Shown: piece after piece, positions 37,394 to 47,565 of the stretch | How positions within the stretch are numbered: position 1 is the stretch's first letter | Layout of the letters: every line of letters begins with the position of its first letter | Assembly (NCBI GenBank): GCA_041485465.1 | Contig: JBGPJO010000003.1 | Location: 3,705 to 67,704 of the forward strand | Source of the DNA: Minisyncoccia bacterium | Lineage (GTDB): Bacteria; Patescibacteriota; Minisyncoccia; Phycocordibacterales; JAKFXT01 | Length of the DNA stretch: 64,000 nt | Direction of reading: 5' to 3' | Notes under the pieces: generated by a model | Databases searched by the model: none | What the model saw: the letters and a program-made list of their open reading frames with translations, nothing else | What the model was told of the DNA's origin: nothing | Position numbers and translations under genes: made by a program

Positions 37394-38002
37394 ATGGGTA
37401 AAGTTATTGTTGTACTTGGAGGAGGGCTAGCTCAAGACAAAACCGGAAAGTGGCACACGTTAGGTCCTGAAGATGCGGGCGACAAGTTTGGGGTATCATT
37501 TGATCGTTGGCGCGTTATTGCTGGTGCTCATCTATGGAAAGGAGATAAAACGCAGACAGTCGTCGCTTCCGGTGGGAGGGGCCAATACGCAGACTCAAAA
37601 GATGTTCATACCCCTTCAAGTGTCTTGCGTCGTGAACTTATAGATCTTGGTGTCGCTCCGGAGAGAATAATCGAAGAAGATCAGTCAGGAAATACATTTG
37701 CCCAGCTTACGAATATAATTCCTATCGTTAAAAATTTTTCTTTGATTAATTTTGTGTCAAATGAATGGCACCTGCCACGGATCCGCGCAATGATCGACCA
37801 TGTTGAAGACCTCGCTTTTTTACGGACACCATCCGTCAATCTGATTTCCGCTGAAGAAGTTTTACTCCAATCTGATGTAAAACAGTGGGAGTATATAATT
37901 GAAAGAGCAAGAAACAGCCATGGAATACAAAAGCGAATTGAGCTCGAAGAGAAGGGTGTGAAGCAAATACGAGAAGGCACCTATCGTTTTAAGAGACAGT
38001 AA
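37394..38002 (+). CDS. DUF218 (YdcF/ElyC-like) domain protein
   Basis: 'VIVVLGGGLAQDKTG' and 'VVASGGRG' motifs. Confidence 0.45.
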   Translation: MGKVIVVLGGGLAQDKTGKWHTLGPEDAGDKFGVSFDRWRVIAGAHLWKGDKTQTVVASGGRGQYADSKDVHTPSSVLRRELIDLGVAPERIIEEDQSGNTFAQLTNIIPIVKNFSLINFVSNEWHLPRIRAMIDHVEDLAFLRTPSVNLISAEEVLLQSDVKQWEYIIERARNSHGIQKRIELEEKGVKQIREGTYRFKRQ

Positions 38003-39081
38003 TGAAAAAAGAAAGGGAAATTAAAATAGGCAAACGAAAAGTTGGGGGCTCCAACCCGACTTTTATTGTTGCGGAAATGTCCGTCAACCATAAGCAGAGT
38101 TTTCGGAAGGCGGTAGAAATTATAAAAGCAGCCGCATCCGCTGGCGCGGATGCGGTGAAGCTCCAAACATTTACGCCAGATACGATCACTTTGCAATCAG
38201 ATAAAAAGTGGTTTCGGGTGGGCGGAGTAAAAAATCCAAAAAAATGGCAAGAAAAGACCTTCCATAATTTGTATAAAGAAGCTTTTATGCCGTGGGAGTG
38301 GCAGCCGAAGCTAAAAAAGATAGCGGAGCGTGAAGGTCTGATACTTTTTTCCACTCCCTTTGATGTTACCGCGGTTGATTTTCTCGAGAAAATGAAAGTG
38401 TCTTGTTATAAGATTGCATCCTATGAAGCCACTGACAGTATCCTTTTGAAAAAAGTCGCAAGTACCGGTAAGCCAGTTATTCTCTCCGTTGGTTTTGCCA
38501 CGCGTGAAGAAATTAATTTAGCGGTAAGCACCCTGCGGAAAGGAGGAACAAAAGATATCGTCCTTCTTTATTGTCTTACGTCGTATGCTCCGACCGCGAA
38601 CCCAGAGGGTACGAATTTGCGGACAATGCTTGATCTTAAGGATCGATTTCAAACCATTGTTGGTTTTTCAGATAACATGGGCGGGATTGTTGCTCCGGCT
38701 CTTGCGGCCGCTATGGGAGCCTCTGTCATCGAAAAGCATTTTGTGCTTAGTCACAAGGATAAGACATTGGATGACAGATTTTCACTTGATCCACGAGAGT
38801 TTAAAAAAATGGTCGATACGATCAGGACGCAAGAAAAACTCCTCGGAATGGTTAGGTATGGTCCCCAGACTCCCGAGGAGAAGTACAACCTACGCTTTCG
38901 CCGGTCGCTTTTTGTTGTTACTGACATTAAGAAAGGCGAAAAATTTACTAAAAAGAATATACGCTCAATTCGTCCCGCCGATGGACTCCCAACTAAGTTT
39001 TTTGCGAAGATTTTAGGCAAAACCGCGAAGAAAGATATTGAAGAGGGTACACCGCTTGTATGGAATTTTATTGTAAAATAA
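38002..39081 (+). CDS. pseI: N-acetylneuraminate/pseudaminic acid synthase (NeuB/PseI family, C-terminal SAF domain)
   Basis: 'IGKRKVGGSNPTFIVAEMSVNHKQSF' and 'KIASYEATD'. A C-terminal SAF-like antifreeze domain is present. Confidence 0.75.
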   Translation: MKKEREIKIGKRKVGGSNPTFIVAEMSVNHKQSFRKAVEIIKAAASAGADAVKLQTFTPDTITLQSDKKWFRVGGVKNPKKWQEKTFHNLYKEAFMPWEWQPKLKKIAEREGLILFSTPFDVTAVDFLEKMKVSCYKIASYEATDSILLKKVASTGKPVILSVGFATREEINLAVSTLRKGGTKDIVLLYCLTSYAPTANPEGTNLRTMLDLKDRFQTIVGFSDNMGGIVAPALAAAMGASVIEKHFVLSHKDKTLDDRFSLDPREFKKMVDTIRTQEKLLGMVRYGPQTPEEKYNLRFRRSLFVVTDIKKGEKFTKKNIRSIRPADGLPTKFFAKILGKTAKKDIEEGTPLVWNFIVK

Positions 39082-39085
39082 TACT

Positions 39086-39568
39086 ATGGCAAAAAAATCA
39101 AACGGCAGACTACTTTTAGACGCGGTAACGATACGGCCCGTTTCGCGAGAAGATTCCAGGCGGGTATGGGAGATCAGGAATGACCCTCGTTCGCGTCCAT
39201 ATTTTAACACTACCGAAGAGATACCTTTTCCTTCACATAATACGTGGTTTGAAAAACAATATTTTGAAAATACAATCAACAAATGCATGGTCCTAATTTT
39301 AGAAGGAGCAGTTTGTGGTTATTGCCGTTTTGACAAAGATGAGGAGCGTGAAGTGTATGTAGTATCAATTGCAATCGATCCCAGTTTCCAAGGGAAAGGC
39401 TTGGGTAATATACTCCTTCGCACTTCACTACAATCTCTTCCGTCTGGCAGTTATGCGTTTGCGGAGGTAAAAAAAGACAATTTACCATCACGTAAGATTT
39501 TTGAGAAGGCGGGATTTACGGTCTCTTCTGAAGATGCCGAGAAGATTTATTTCGATTATAAGAGATGA
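39086..39568 (+). CDS. GNAT N-acetyltransferase (PseH-like position)
   Basis: 'IAIDPSFQGKGLGNILL' GNAT motif A. It lies immediately downstream of the synthase. Confidence 0.55.
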   Translation: MAKKSNGRLLLDAVTIRPVSREDSRRVWEIRNDPRSRPYFNTTEEIPFPSHNTWFEKQYFENTINKCMVLILEGAVCGYCRFDKDEEREVYVVSIAIDPSFQGKGLGNILLRTSLQSLPSGSYAFAEVKKDNLPSRKIFEKAGFTVSSEDAEKIYFDYKR

Positions 39569-40818
39569 AAGTGTCCATGGGTGACTTTTTTTTACCGGCG
39601 CTACCGTTTTATATTGGTTCATACTCAAAGTATCCGAAAAATATACCCAAGGCGTTGCCATTCTCTCTTACGACTGATCAGAAAACCGGTCTTATCACTG
39701 AAGTTCTCACGGGAAAGATTGAATCTGCTCTCAAGCTTTTTTATAAGCGGGGCGGATACGCATCAACGCCGCTTGGCGAAGGGGACTATGGTAAGCGGCA
39801 GGGTGAAGAATTATTTGAGTGGATCATCCGGTCCCTTAAAACTGAAGGCAGGGATATAACGGAAACCAGTTTTCTCGAACTCGGCGCCGGTTACGGGTAT
39901 TTACTTTACCTTTTGAAAAAAGGGGGGGCGAAACGTGTTTTGGGGATTGAACCCGGAAATGAAGGTATTATTGGGGCGAGAAAATATAATGTAGAAATGA
40001 TTCGTGATTTTTTTCCGACCCCGAAGCTTGTGGAGAAGTTTGATTACGTATTAAGTTATGGAGTCTTGGAACATATTAAATCTCCCGGTTCTATTTTTAA
40101 GGAAATTAAAAAATCTCTGACGAGTAACGGTATTGTGTTTGCGGCGGTGCCAGAGACAGAGCGAAAGATGCGGGTAGGGGATCCGTCTATCATAGCTCAC
40201 CAGCACGTGAATTATTTTTCGGAGCAATCACTCATCAACCTTTTTCATGATGCCGGTTTTGGTCACTCTCATGTCGAATATTCACCCAAGCGCTCAATGC
40301 TTGTCGGTTGGGCCACAACAGCAGATAAAGAATGTGGTGAAAATTCTTCCAAAAAAGTTTTAGATAAAAAAGGAAAAAAGGAAAATCTGCTTCGTGTGTT
40401 TAAGACCAATATTTTAAAAAATATCGCGACAATTCAGGAGATTGTTAATCGTGCTGAGGGTAAAAGTAAAACTCTCGGTTTTTATGCGCCTTCTTCGAAC
40501 CTGCTTGGCTTACTACAATTCAAGAATAAAGCAAGAATATTTGACAGCGATCCATGGAAACACGGCAAGCACATTGCAGGTTCACCTCTCTCTTTTGAGC
40601 CGCCCGAGGCGCTTCGTTTAGAGTCTGTCGATATGCTGTTTATTTGTGCTATCGATTATGATAGAGAAATCACAGATTATCTTATGAAGAATAACTTGCT
40701 TAGGAAGGGTAAAACGGAAATGGTGTCACTTAAAAAGATTTATGAGAACACGAGTGGTATGTGTTACCTATCAGGTAAAATTGAAGTTTTAGTAGACGAG
40801 CAGAGCGATAAAAAGTAA
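39565..40818 (+). CDS. SAM-dependent methyltransferase with C-methyltransferase-type C-terminal domain
   Basis: 'FLELGAGYGYLLYLL' motif I plus an extra domain of about 180 aa. Confidence 0.55.
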   Translation: MKVSMGDFFLPALPFYIGSYSKYPKNIPKALPFSLTTDQKTGLITEVLTGKIESALKLFYKRGGYASTPLGEGDYGKRQGEELFEWIIRSLKTEGRDITETSFLELGAGYGYLLYLLKKGGAKRVLGIEPGNEGIIGARKYNVEMIRDFFPTPKLVEKFDYVLSYGVLEHIKSPGSIFKEIKKSLTSNGIVFAAVPETERKMRVGDPSIIAHQHVNYFSEQSLINLFHDAGFGHSHVEYSPKRSMLVGWATTADKECGENSSKKVLDKKGKKENLLRVFKTNILKNIATIQEIVNRAEGKSKTLGFYAPSSNLLGLLQFKNKARIFDSDPWKHGKHIAGSPLSFEPPEALRLESVDMLFICAIDYDREITDYLMKNNLLRKGKTEMVSLKKIYENTSGMCYLSGKIEVLVDEQSDKK

Positions 40819-40819
40819 A

Positions 40820-41758
40820 ATGAAAGCAAAAGTTAAAAATATTCTTTTCACCTGTGCCGGTGGCAGTAGTCCCATTTTTTTCGCGCGGGAACTGAAGAAG
40901 TCACACGGTATATTTTTGGTCGATGGAGGAGACCAAAACGCAGCACCACATCTTGGATTTCCATTTCAAAAGATTCCTTTTGGTACTGATCCGGCTTTCC
41001 CCGGGGTCATAAAAGCACTAATTGAAAAGTGGAACATTGATTGTGTAGTACCGGGGACTAATAAAGAATTAGAGCCACTGATACAGGTATTGAAAGAGAA
41101 TCCATCACTTTTGATGGTTATGCCGTCAGCTGATTTTATAAATCTCTGCCTCAACAAAAAGAAGCTTATGGAAGAACTCGCCACAGCGGGCATATCCTTT
41201 TTGTCGCCGTATGCAAAAAAAGAAACTGTGCACTACCCGGCGATTGTGAAGCCAATCTACGGCGAGGGATCACGGCAGTTCCACATTATCAAGACTGCTC
41301 TACAATTGGAAGGTTATTTGGGGCTGTACGAAAAAGAATTTAATGATGTGTTGGTCCAGCCATATATCGAAGGGACGGAATACACGATATCGGTCATTGT
41401 AAATAATCTTAACAAGATTATCGGAGTCGTTCCCAAAAAAATCATTGAAAAAAGAGGGATCACTCGCGCGGCCGTGTCAGAACAGAACGAACTCATCCAC
41501 AAGCTGTGTGAAGATATCGTTACCAAGTACAATCCCCGTGGACCATTTAATGTTCAGTTGAAACTATGGGAAGGAAAAGCTTATATTTTCGAGATTAATC
41601 CGCGTCTTTCAACGACCTCGGTTTTGAGTGACAAGGCATTTGGTAATGAGGTGGAATTATATCTGAAGTATTACGATGCTGATGAAATTAAAGATCCGCC
41701 CGAACTCAAGAGCGGAGTGTATCTCTACCGGTACGAAGAGAATATTTTTGTTTCTTGA
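40820..41758 (+). CDS. ATP-grasp domain protein
   Basis: 'YPAIVKPIYGEGSRQFHII' and 'IFEINPRLSTTS' are ATP-grasp B-loop and catalytic motifs. Confidence 0.55.
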   Translation: MKAKVKNILFTCAGGSSPIFFARELKKSHGIFLVDGGDQNAAPHLGFPFQKIPFGTDPAFPGVIKALIEKWNIDCVVPGTNKELEPLIQVLKENPSLLMVMPSADFINLCLNKKKLMEELATAGISFLSPYAKKETVHYPAIVKPIYGEGSRQFHIIKTALQLEGYLGLYEKEFNDVLVQPYIEGTEYTISVIVNNLNKIIGVVPKKIIEKRGITRAAVSEQNELIHKLCEDIVTKYNPRGPFNVQLKLWEGKAYIFEINPRLSTTSVLSDKAFGNEVELYLKYYDADEIKDPPELKSGVYLYRYEENIFVS

Positions 41759-41767
41759 GATTTTTAT

Positions 41768-42628
41768 ATGAAAATTCTTATTATTGGAGGCTCGCGTTTT
41801 ATGGGCCCACTTCTTGTGGAAGCTCTTGTTAGTCGTGGCCATACCGTGACGGTTTTTAATCGGGGCACAAGAAAAGTTGCTTTACCCAAAGGCACCACGG
41901 CGGTTGTCGGTGATCGCACGATGGGATTTCGGATTAAAGATAATTTTGATGTTGTCATTGATACCTGTGCTTATACGGCAGAGCATGTCAAGCGTGTGTT
42001 CGAAGATATTCATTTTGATTATTATCTGCATATCGGTACCGCCTCTTCGTATCAAAAATCACACACATTTCCGCTTACCGAACAGTCGCCGCTCGGGGCG
42101 TGGCCGCTCTGGGGAGAGTACAATGTCGGAAAACGAGCCTGTGAGGCTTTTCTTAAGAAATCCGCGAGACCGTATGGAGTTATTCGGCCGGTGTATATTC
42201 TAGGAAAGAATAATCATCTGTCGCGCGAGAATTTCATCTACGGCGCGCTGAGGCGGGGGGCTACCGTAAAGATTCCTGGTGATGGATTGGCGCTTATACA
42301 GTTTGTCTTTGTAGAAAGCGTTGTTTCGTCTCTTGTTACATTGGCAGAGACACAAACGGAAGGAGCATTCAATTGTTGCGGCAGTGAAGCGATAACTCTT
42401 CTCGGACTTGTTGAGGAAATGGCGACGATTGCCGGCGTAAAATCGGTTATAGAATTTAACCAAAAAACGAATGGCGTCGAGCATGATGAACAAGAATTTC
42501 CTTTCGCTAACGAGCATTTTTTCTGCACTAATCAAAAGTTGAAAGCGCTTGGGGTAGAGTTTTCGCCGCTTCTCCGGAGCCTTGAGCGCGACTATGCTGA
42601 TTATTATGAAGCTGTCACTCGACCATAA
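41768..42628 (+). CDS. NAD-dependent epimerase/dehydratase family protein
   Basis: 'ILIIGGSRFMGPLL' Rossmann motif and 'YNVGK' catalytic YxxxK. Confidence 0.65.
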   Translation: MKILIIGGSRFMGPLLVEALVSRGHTVTVFNRGTRKVALPKGTTAVVGDRTMGFRIKDNFDVVIDTCAYTAEHVKRVFEDIHFDYYLHIGTASSYQKSHTFPLTEQSPLGAWPLWGEYNVGKRACEAFLKKSARPYGVIRPVYILGKNNHLSRENFIYGALRRGATVKIPGDGLALIQFVFVESVVSSLVTLAETQTEGAFNCCGSEAITLLGLVEEMATIAGVKSVIEFNQKTNGVEHDEQEFPFANEHFFCTNQKLKALGVEFSPLLRSLERDYADYYEAVTRP

Positions 42629-42633
42629 TATCT

Positions 42634-43140
42634 ATGGATTACAGTGAGAATGTAAGTACAGCAAAAAGAAAAGTGCATCGAGTTGCCGGCGTCGTTGTCC
42701 ATGAAGGGAAGGTATTACTGATGCGCCGGCGCAATCGTGGGAAGGAATACTACACTTTTCCGGGAGGTGGAATTGAAAAAGGGGAAACGCCCGAATCGGC
42801 TCTTATGCGGGAACTTAGAGAAGAGACATCAATCGCGGTCACGCCCAAAAAATTGTTATATACTGTGATGTGGGATGATGACACAGAGGAATTTTTTTAT
42901 CTATGCTCTTTTGTTTCTGGTGAACCGAAACTCGCGGATGATTCTATTGAAAAAGAAGTAATGAAAAAAGATACTGAGCAATACTACGAGCCGCTATGGA
43001 TGGAGCTTTCGCGCATTCCGATCCTTCTCGCGTATCCTTTAGAGGTAAGAGATTATTTTATAAAAGATGTACGCTCAAATTTCGAAGTAGAACCAAGAAA
43101 TATAGCTTTAGAGAGAGGACACGGCCGCCAAGAACTATAA
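42634..43140 (+). CDS. NUDIX hydrolase
   Basis: NUDIX box 'GGGIEKGETPESALMRELREETSI'. Confidence 0.65.
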   Translation: MDYSENVSTAKRKVHRVAGVVVHEGKVLLMRRRNRGKEYYTFPGGGIEKGETPESALMRELREETSIAVTPKKLLYTVMWDDDTEEFFYLCSFVSGEPKLADDSIEKEVMKKDTEQYYEPLWMELSRIPILLAYPLEVRDYFIKDVRSNFEVEPRNIALERGHGRQEL

Positions 43141-43176
43141 AGTTACAGATACGTTAAGATAATAAATATGATAAAT

Positions 43177-43851
43177 ATGGCCAAGAAAAATAAAGTACTT
43201 GTAGTTGCGGCACATCCGGATGACGAGCTTCTCGGTGTTGCTGGTACGCTTTGTCGCCATAAAGAAAAGGGTGATGATCTTTCTATACTTATACTTGCAA
43301 ACGGAGAAGATTCTCGTGATAGTGGAGCTGATGCAAAGAAACGTCTCGCGCAGGCCGGGGAGGCTGCGAAGGATCTTGGAGCAACACTCTATCTTGAAAA
43401 CTTACCGGATAACCAGTTTGATTCAGTTCCGCTCTTAAAAATTGCCAAACTGGTCGAAGTGGTAGTTGCAGAGGTGAAGCCGGATACTGTTTACACGCAC
43501 TACGCACATGATCTGAATATCGATCACCGCCTTACTTGTCAGGCGGTATTGACGGCATGCCGTCCAATGCCCGGATGTAGCGTTAAAACTATTTTCAGTT
43601 TTGAAACTCTTTCCGCGACGGAGTGGCAAATAAAAGATTCTCGGCAATTTTCTCCAAACTACTACGTCGATATCACCAAGAATCTTGAGGAAAAAAAGCG
43701 CTTACTGAAATATTATAATGATGAGATGCGATCGTACCCGCATCCGCGGTCATATGAAGGTATTGATATATTAGCTAAATATCGTGGTCTTGAGGTGGGT
43801 CTTAAAGCGGCTGAGGCGTTCGTAGTTGTGCGTGCCATTTTCGATGGCTAA
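43177..43851 (+). CDS. PIG-L/LmbE-family N-acetylglucosaminyl deacetylase
   Basis: 'VLVVAAHPDDELLG' and 'HxDH' ('NIDHRLT'). Confidence 0.7.
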   Translation: MAKKNKVLVVAAHPDDELLGVAGTLCRHKEKGDDLSILILANGEDSRDSGADAKKRLAQAGEAAKDLGATLYLENLPDNQFDSVPLLKIAKLVEVVVAEVKPDTVYTHYAHDLNIDHRLTCQAVLTACRPMPGCSVKTIFSFETLSATEWQIKDSRQFSPNYYVDITKNLEEKKRLLKYYNDEMRSYPHPRSYEGIDILAKYRGLEVGLKAAEAFVVVRAIFDG

Positions 43852-43879
43852 GAAGTTATTTAATTATGAAGCAAATTAG

Positions 43880-43903
43880 GGGCCTGACTTTTTTCAGGCT
43901 CTT
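43880..43903 (+). terminator. small terminator-like hairpin
   Basis: gcctga-cttttt-tcaggc followed by tcttgtttt. Confidence 0.35.
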
Positions 43904-43909
43904 GTTTTC

Positions 43910-45721
43910 ATGAAGTTCGGTGCAATGAAATTTTCTCACACTTTTAAAACCCTTTGGGCCATTTTCTCCAAGTATCGATGGCATATTAGTAGCCTCGTCG
44001 TGCTTGGTTTTGTGACCGCTATTCTTGAGGGTCTCGGTATCAACATTGCGATACCACTTTTCTCTTTTATAGCTGGCGGGCAGGCCCCGACTGATTTTGT
44101 TTCTACGACAGTCCAAAATCTTTTCCGGTTTTTTTCTATTCCGTTTATACCCCGGTATCTCTTTGCTCTGATCCTTCTACTTTTTATACTTCGATCTGTG
44201 GCCTCAGTTGTATTCGGGTATGTGCGCGGGTGGATCAATGCCGATTTTGTGACGACGGAAAGTGAAGCTCTCCTCAAAGGTACTCTTTCTGCTTCGTGGC
44301 CGTTTCTTTTGAAGCAAAAAATCGGCACACTTCAGAATACACTTATTCGCGACGTTCAACGCACGGGGGAGTTGCTTTCATCGTTAAGCCAGACAATTCA
44401 ATCATTCACAGGTTTTCTGATGTACTTAGTGGTAGCTCTAAACATATCACCGCTCACCACTTTTTATACAATTTTAGGTGGAATTGTTCTGGTGTTTATA
44501 ATGTTTCCTCTTCAGCGGAAAAGTCGTGAGGCGGGTGGGGCTATGGTCTTAACTGAAAAGCGAATCTCGCAATTTATGGCTGAACATATTATTGGCATGA
44601 AGGCCATAAAAGCGGCAGCGGCGGAAAAGAAAGCATATGAGGACGGAAAAAAATCGTTTCGGGATCTTCGAAATTACTACGTCAAACTTGCTTTTATTCG
44701 GGCTGTCGGTGGAAGTGTTTTTCAACCGTTCAGTATTATTTTTATAACCATACTTTTTGTTCTTACCTATCACACACCGGGGTTTAGTCTTATTTCTTTT
44801 GCCGCGACACTTTATCTTATACAGAAAATTTTCACCTATCTTGAGTCCGGCCAGGGTGCGTTTAATCTGCTAAACGAACTTGTGCCCTATGCCGAAAATA
44901 TAATGGCTTTTAAGAAAACACTAACCACTCATAAAGAGTCAGGCGTCAATGGAAAAAATTCCTTTGTGTTTAAAAATAACCTTACATTTAAGGATGTCAG
45001 TTTTTCGTATAACACAGAAAAACCGGTTCTCTCTGACGTTAGTTTTTCTGTTGCCCACGGGGAAACAGTTGGTCTTATTGGTCCATCGGGCGCGGGGAAA
45101 ACCTCCGTTGCCGATTTACTCTTGCGGCTTTTTACGCCTTCTTCAGGCACGATTACTCTTAATGGGGTATCGATTGATACTATTTCTACACCAGAGTGGC
45201 GCGAACATGTCGGCTATGTTTCCCAGGACATTTTTCTTTTTAATGAGTCTGTAAAAGAGAATATTAGTTTCTATCGGAATGATCTTTCCGATGAGGATAT
45301 TATTAACGCCGCCAAGCAAGCAAATATTTTCGATTTTATTGAAACACTTGAAAACGGCTTTGATACTATCGTCGGTGATCGGGGAGTAATGCTTTCCGGC
45401 GGACAGCGTCAGAGGGTTGTGCTCGCCCGCGCTCTTGCGCGGAAACCGGAGCTTCTTATTCTCGATGAGGCAACGAGTGCGCTTGACGCGGAGTCGGAGA
45501 GGCTCATACAAGAGGCGATAAAAGCGCTTCACGGAACGATGACAGTGTTTATTATTGCCCACCGTCTCAGTACCGTTGAGAGCGTTGATATGATTTTTGT
45601 GCTTGATCACGGACGCATTATGGAGAAGGGGTCACCCCGGGAACTTAAGACTGACACCAATTCATATTTTTACAGGATGCAACACAATTTAGATGAAGAG
45701 GTGGCGCCAAACCATGCCTGA
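43910..45721 (+). CDS. ABC exporter, fused permease-ATPase (MsbA/type I exporter-like)
   Basis: Six N-terminal TM helices, Walker A 'GPSGAGKTS', signature 'LSGGQRQRVVLARAL' and Walker B 'LILDEATSALD'. Confidence 0.85.
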   Translation: MKFGAMKFSHTFKTLWAIFSKYRWHISSLVVLGFVTAILEGLGINIAIPLFSFIAGGQAPTDFVSTTVQNLFRFFSIPFIPRYLFALILLLFILRSVASVVFGYVRGWINADFVTTESEALLKGTLSASWPFLLKQKIGTLQNTLIRDVQRTGELLSSLSQTIQSFTGFLMYLVVALNISPLTTFYTILGGIVLVFIMFPLQRKSREAGGAMVLTEKRISQFMAEHIIGMKAIKAAAAEKKAYEDGKKSFRDLRNYYVKLAFIRAVGGSVFQPFSIIFITILFVLTYHTPGFSLISFAATLYLIQKIFTYLESGQGAFNLLNELVPYAENIMAFKKTLTTHKESGVNGKNSFVFKNNLTFKDVSFSYNTEKPVLSDVSFSVAHGETVGLIGPSGAGKTSVADLLLRLFTPSSGTITLNGVSIDTISTPEWREHVGYVSQDIFLFNESVKENISFYRNDLSDEDIINAAKQANIFDFIETLENGFDTIVGDRGVMLSGGQRQRVVLARALARKPELLILDEATSALDAESERLIQEAIKALHGTMTVFIIAHRLSTVESVDMIFVLDHGRIMEKGSPRELKTDTNSYFYRMQHNLDEEVAPNHA

Positions 45722-46205
45722 ACGAATAAAACAATTTATCGAGAAGGAACACATCACGTTCTTTGCGCTCTGTAACCCATTTTTTGTCTTTCGACTTCTC
45801 TCACATCACCGATATATTCACTTCTTCCTTATCGGGGTTACCGGTGTTGGTATTAACCTAGTGCTTACCTGGTTTTTCGCCGAGTTTGTTTTTGGGCGCA
45901 GTCGGTATTTTGACGCGTACCTTATCGGTCTTGCGGGGAACCTTGTCTATAATTTTATACTTCACACCGTGATAACGTTTAAAACAACTCGGGCGCACTC
46001 GAAACGCTTTATTGTGTTTATTTTCTATGCTCTGCTCATGACTGCGCTTCAGGCGTATTTGGTAAAAATCATTACTCAGATAGTCGGCGTTGATTATTAT
46101 TTATTTGTTATTGCTTCCATCATTCTCTTTTTCTCGACAGTGAGCTTTTTTATATTTAAACTGTCAGTATTCAATGAAAAAATCAATGAAAATACACCTG
46201 CCTAA
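45714..46205 (+). CDS. GtrA-family membrane protein
   Basis: 4-TM protein with 'FFLIGVTGVGINLVLTW'. The alternative upstream start at 45693 overlaps the ABC gene. Confidence 0.55.
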   Translation: MPERIKQFIEKEHITFFALCNPFFVFRLLSHHRYIHFFLIGVTGVGINLVLTWFFAEFVFGRSRYFDAYLIGLAGNLVYNFILHTVITFKTTRAHSKRFIVFIFYALLMTALQAYLVKIITQIVGVDYYLFVIASIILFFSTVSFFIFKLSVFNEKINENTPA

Positions 46206-47565
46206 AACGCTTGTGTGGATCATTCTTCTGTCGCTTCTGCTTCATGTCGCAGGGCTTGCTTTCGTTATAGCTACTCGCGGGCCAAACGTACTTGTCTATG
46301 GCGACGCGCACGGCTATATATTACTCGCCGAGCATCTCCGTGAAGGTCTTGGTTTTGTGTCGGAGCTTCCCCAGGGTTTTGTATCAGAAACATTTCGTAC
46401 CCCAGGACTTCCTCTGCTTTTATATTTCTTCATTTCCTCTAGTTCTGGACTCCTAATTTATCTCAGCATACTTACCTCTACTGCTTCTTTGTTACTGCCG
46501 TTTCTCACATGGTGGATTGGCTTAAGACTTTTTAATCAGAGAACAGCTCTTATTGCCGCAGGAATAATGGCCTTTGAACCTATGCTTATATTTTTCAGCT
46601 GGTTTCCTCTCACGGAGATCCCATTCCTTCTCTTTTTGCTTGCTTCCATTGCGGCATTTCTTAAAAGTTTTGAGGAAAAAAATTCTTTACTATGGACTAT
46701 TTTTGCCGGTGCTCTTGCCGGATATAGCATCTTGATTCGGCCGAGCTCATTTCTTTTCTTTGTTGGCACATATGTGGTCTTAGTCATTGTTAAGTTGAAA
46801 AATAAAAGAATGCTTTTAAAATTAGCATCTTTTGGACTTGCCTGTGCCATCGTTATTTTCCCGTGGTCGTATCATGTCCATAAAATCACCGGTTCATGGG
46901 CTGTTTCTGGCACGGGATGGTCGAATGTGTATGCTGATTATCTTTCAAGTATTCGTTCTTTGAAAAATGGTACGACTTTGGCGTATGAAAGAAATTTAAT
47001 CTACAGTACCGGTGCGCAGACACTTGGCCTCGGTGCGCCAGAGGAGTTATTTAATCCCGCGAATAGCCGCATTGTGCGAAACGCCGCGCTTTCCGAGCTG
47101 TGGAGTGATCGCCGATTTGTGGCTAAACTTGAGCCGATACTTTTATTTACATTTTTTACAAACGATGGCTGGTATTACTCGGCAAGCACGGTCGGGCTTA
47201 TCACTCGGCTTCCGGCGCACATTTCACCAACTGGTCTTTTCTTAAACACAGGTTTCAGTGCTTTCTCGCGTATTTGGCAGCAGCTTGCAGGGCAGTTTTT
47301 TGTGCCTGTTATCGGACGAATTGTCGAGTTATCTTTTTTCCTTTTGGCACTTATTGGAACATGGCGCGGGATCCGCGATCCGCGATTTCGCGTCGCGCTT
47401 CTTCTCTCTTTATTTATTAGTCTTGCCGCTCTCGGTTCAACAGCTCTTGGTTTCGGTGTTGAAGCGCGCTTGAGAATTTCAGTTATGCCGCTTATTTTCT
47501 TACTTGCAGCTCTCGGCGCTGATCAGCTATTATTTTTATGGAGCAAAAAGCATACGAATATCTAA
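46174..47565 (+). CDS. polytopic GT-C-like membrane glycosyltransferase (ArnT/PMT-2-like)
   Basis: 463 aa with about 11 TM helices. It is paired with GtrA and a downstream MT, a typical GtrA-GT-C arrangement. Confidence 0.5.
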   Translation: MKKSMKIHLPKTLVWIILLSLLLHVAGLAFVIATRGPNVLVYGDAHGYILLAEHLREGLGFVSELPQGFVSETFRTPGLPLLLYFFISSSSGLLIYLSILTSTASLLLPFLTWWIGLRLFNQRTALIAAGIMAFEPMLIFFSWFPLTEIPFLLFLLASIAAFLKSFEEKNSLLWTIFAGALAGYSILIRPSSFLFFVGTYVVLVIVKLKNKRMLLKLASFGLACAIVIFPWSYHVHKITGSWAVSGTGWSNVYADYLSSIRSLKNGTTLAYERNLIYSTGAQTLGLGAPEELFNPANSRIVRNAALSELWSDRRFVAKLEPILLFTFFTNDGWYYSASTVGLITRLPAHISPTGLFLNTGFSAFSRIWQQLAGQFFVPVIGRIVELSFFLLALIGTWRGIRDPRFRVALLLSLFISLAALGSTALGFGVEARLRISVMPLIFLLAALGADQLLFLWSKKHTNI

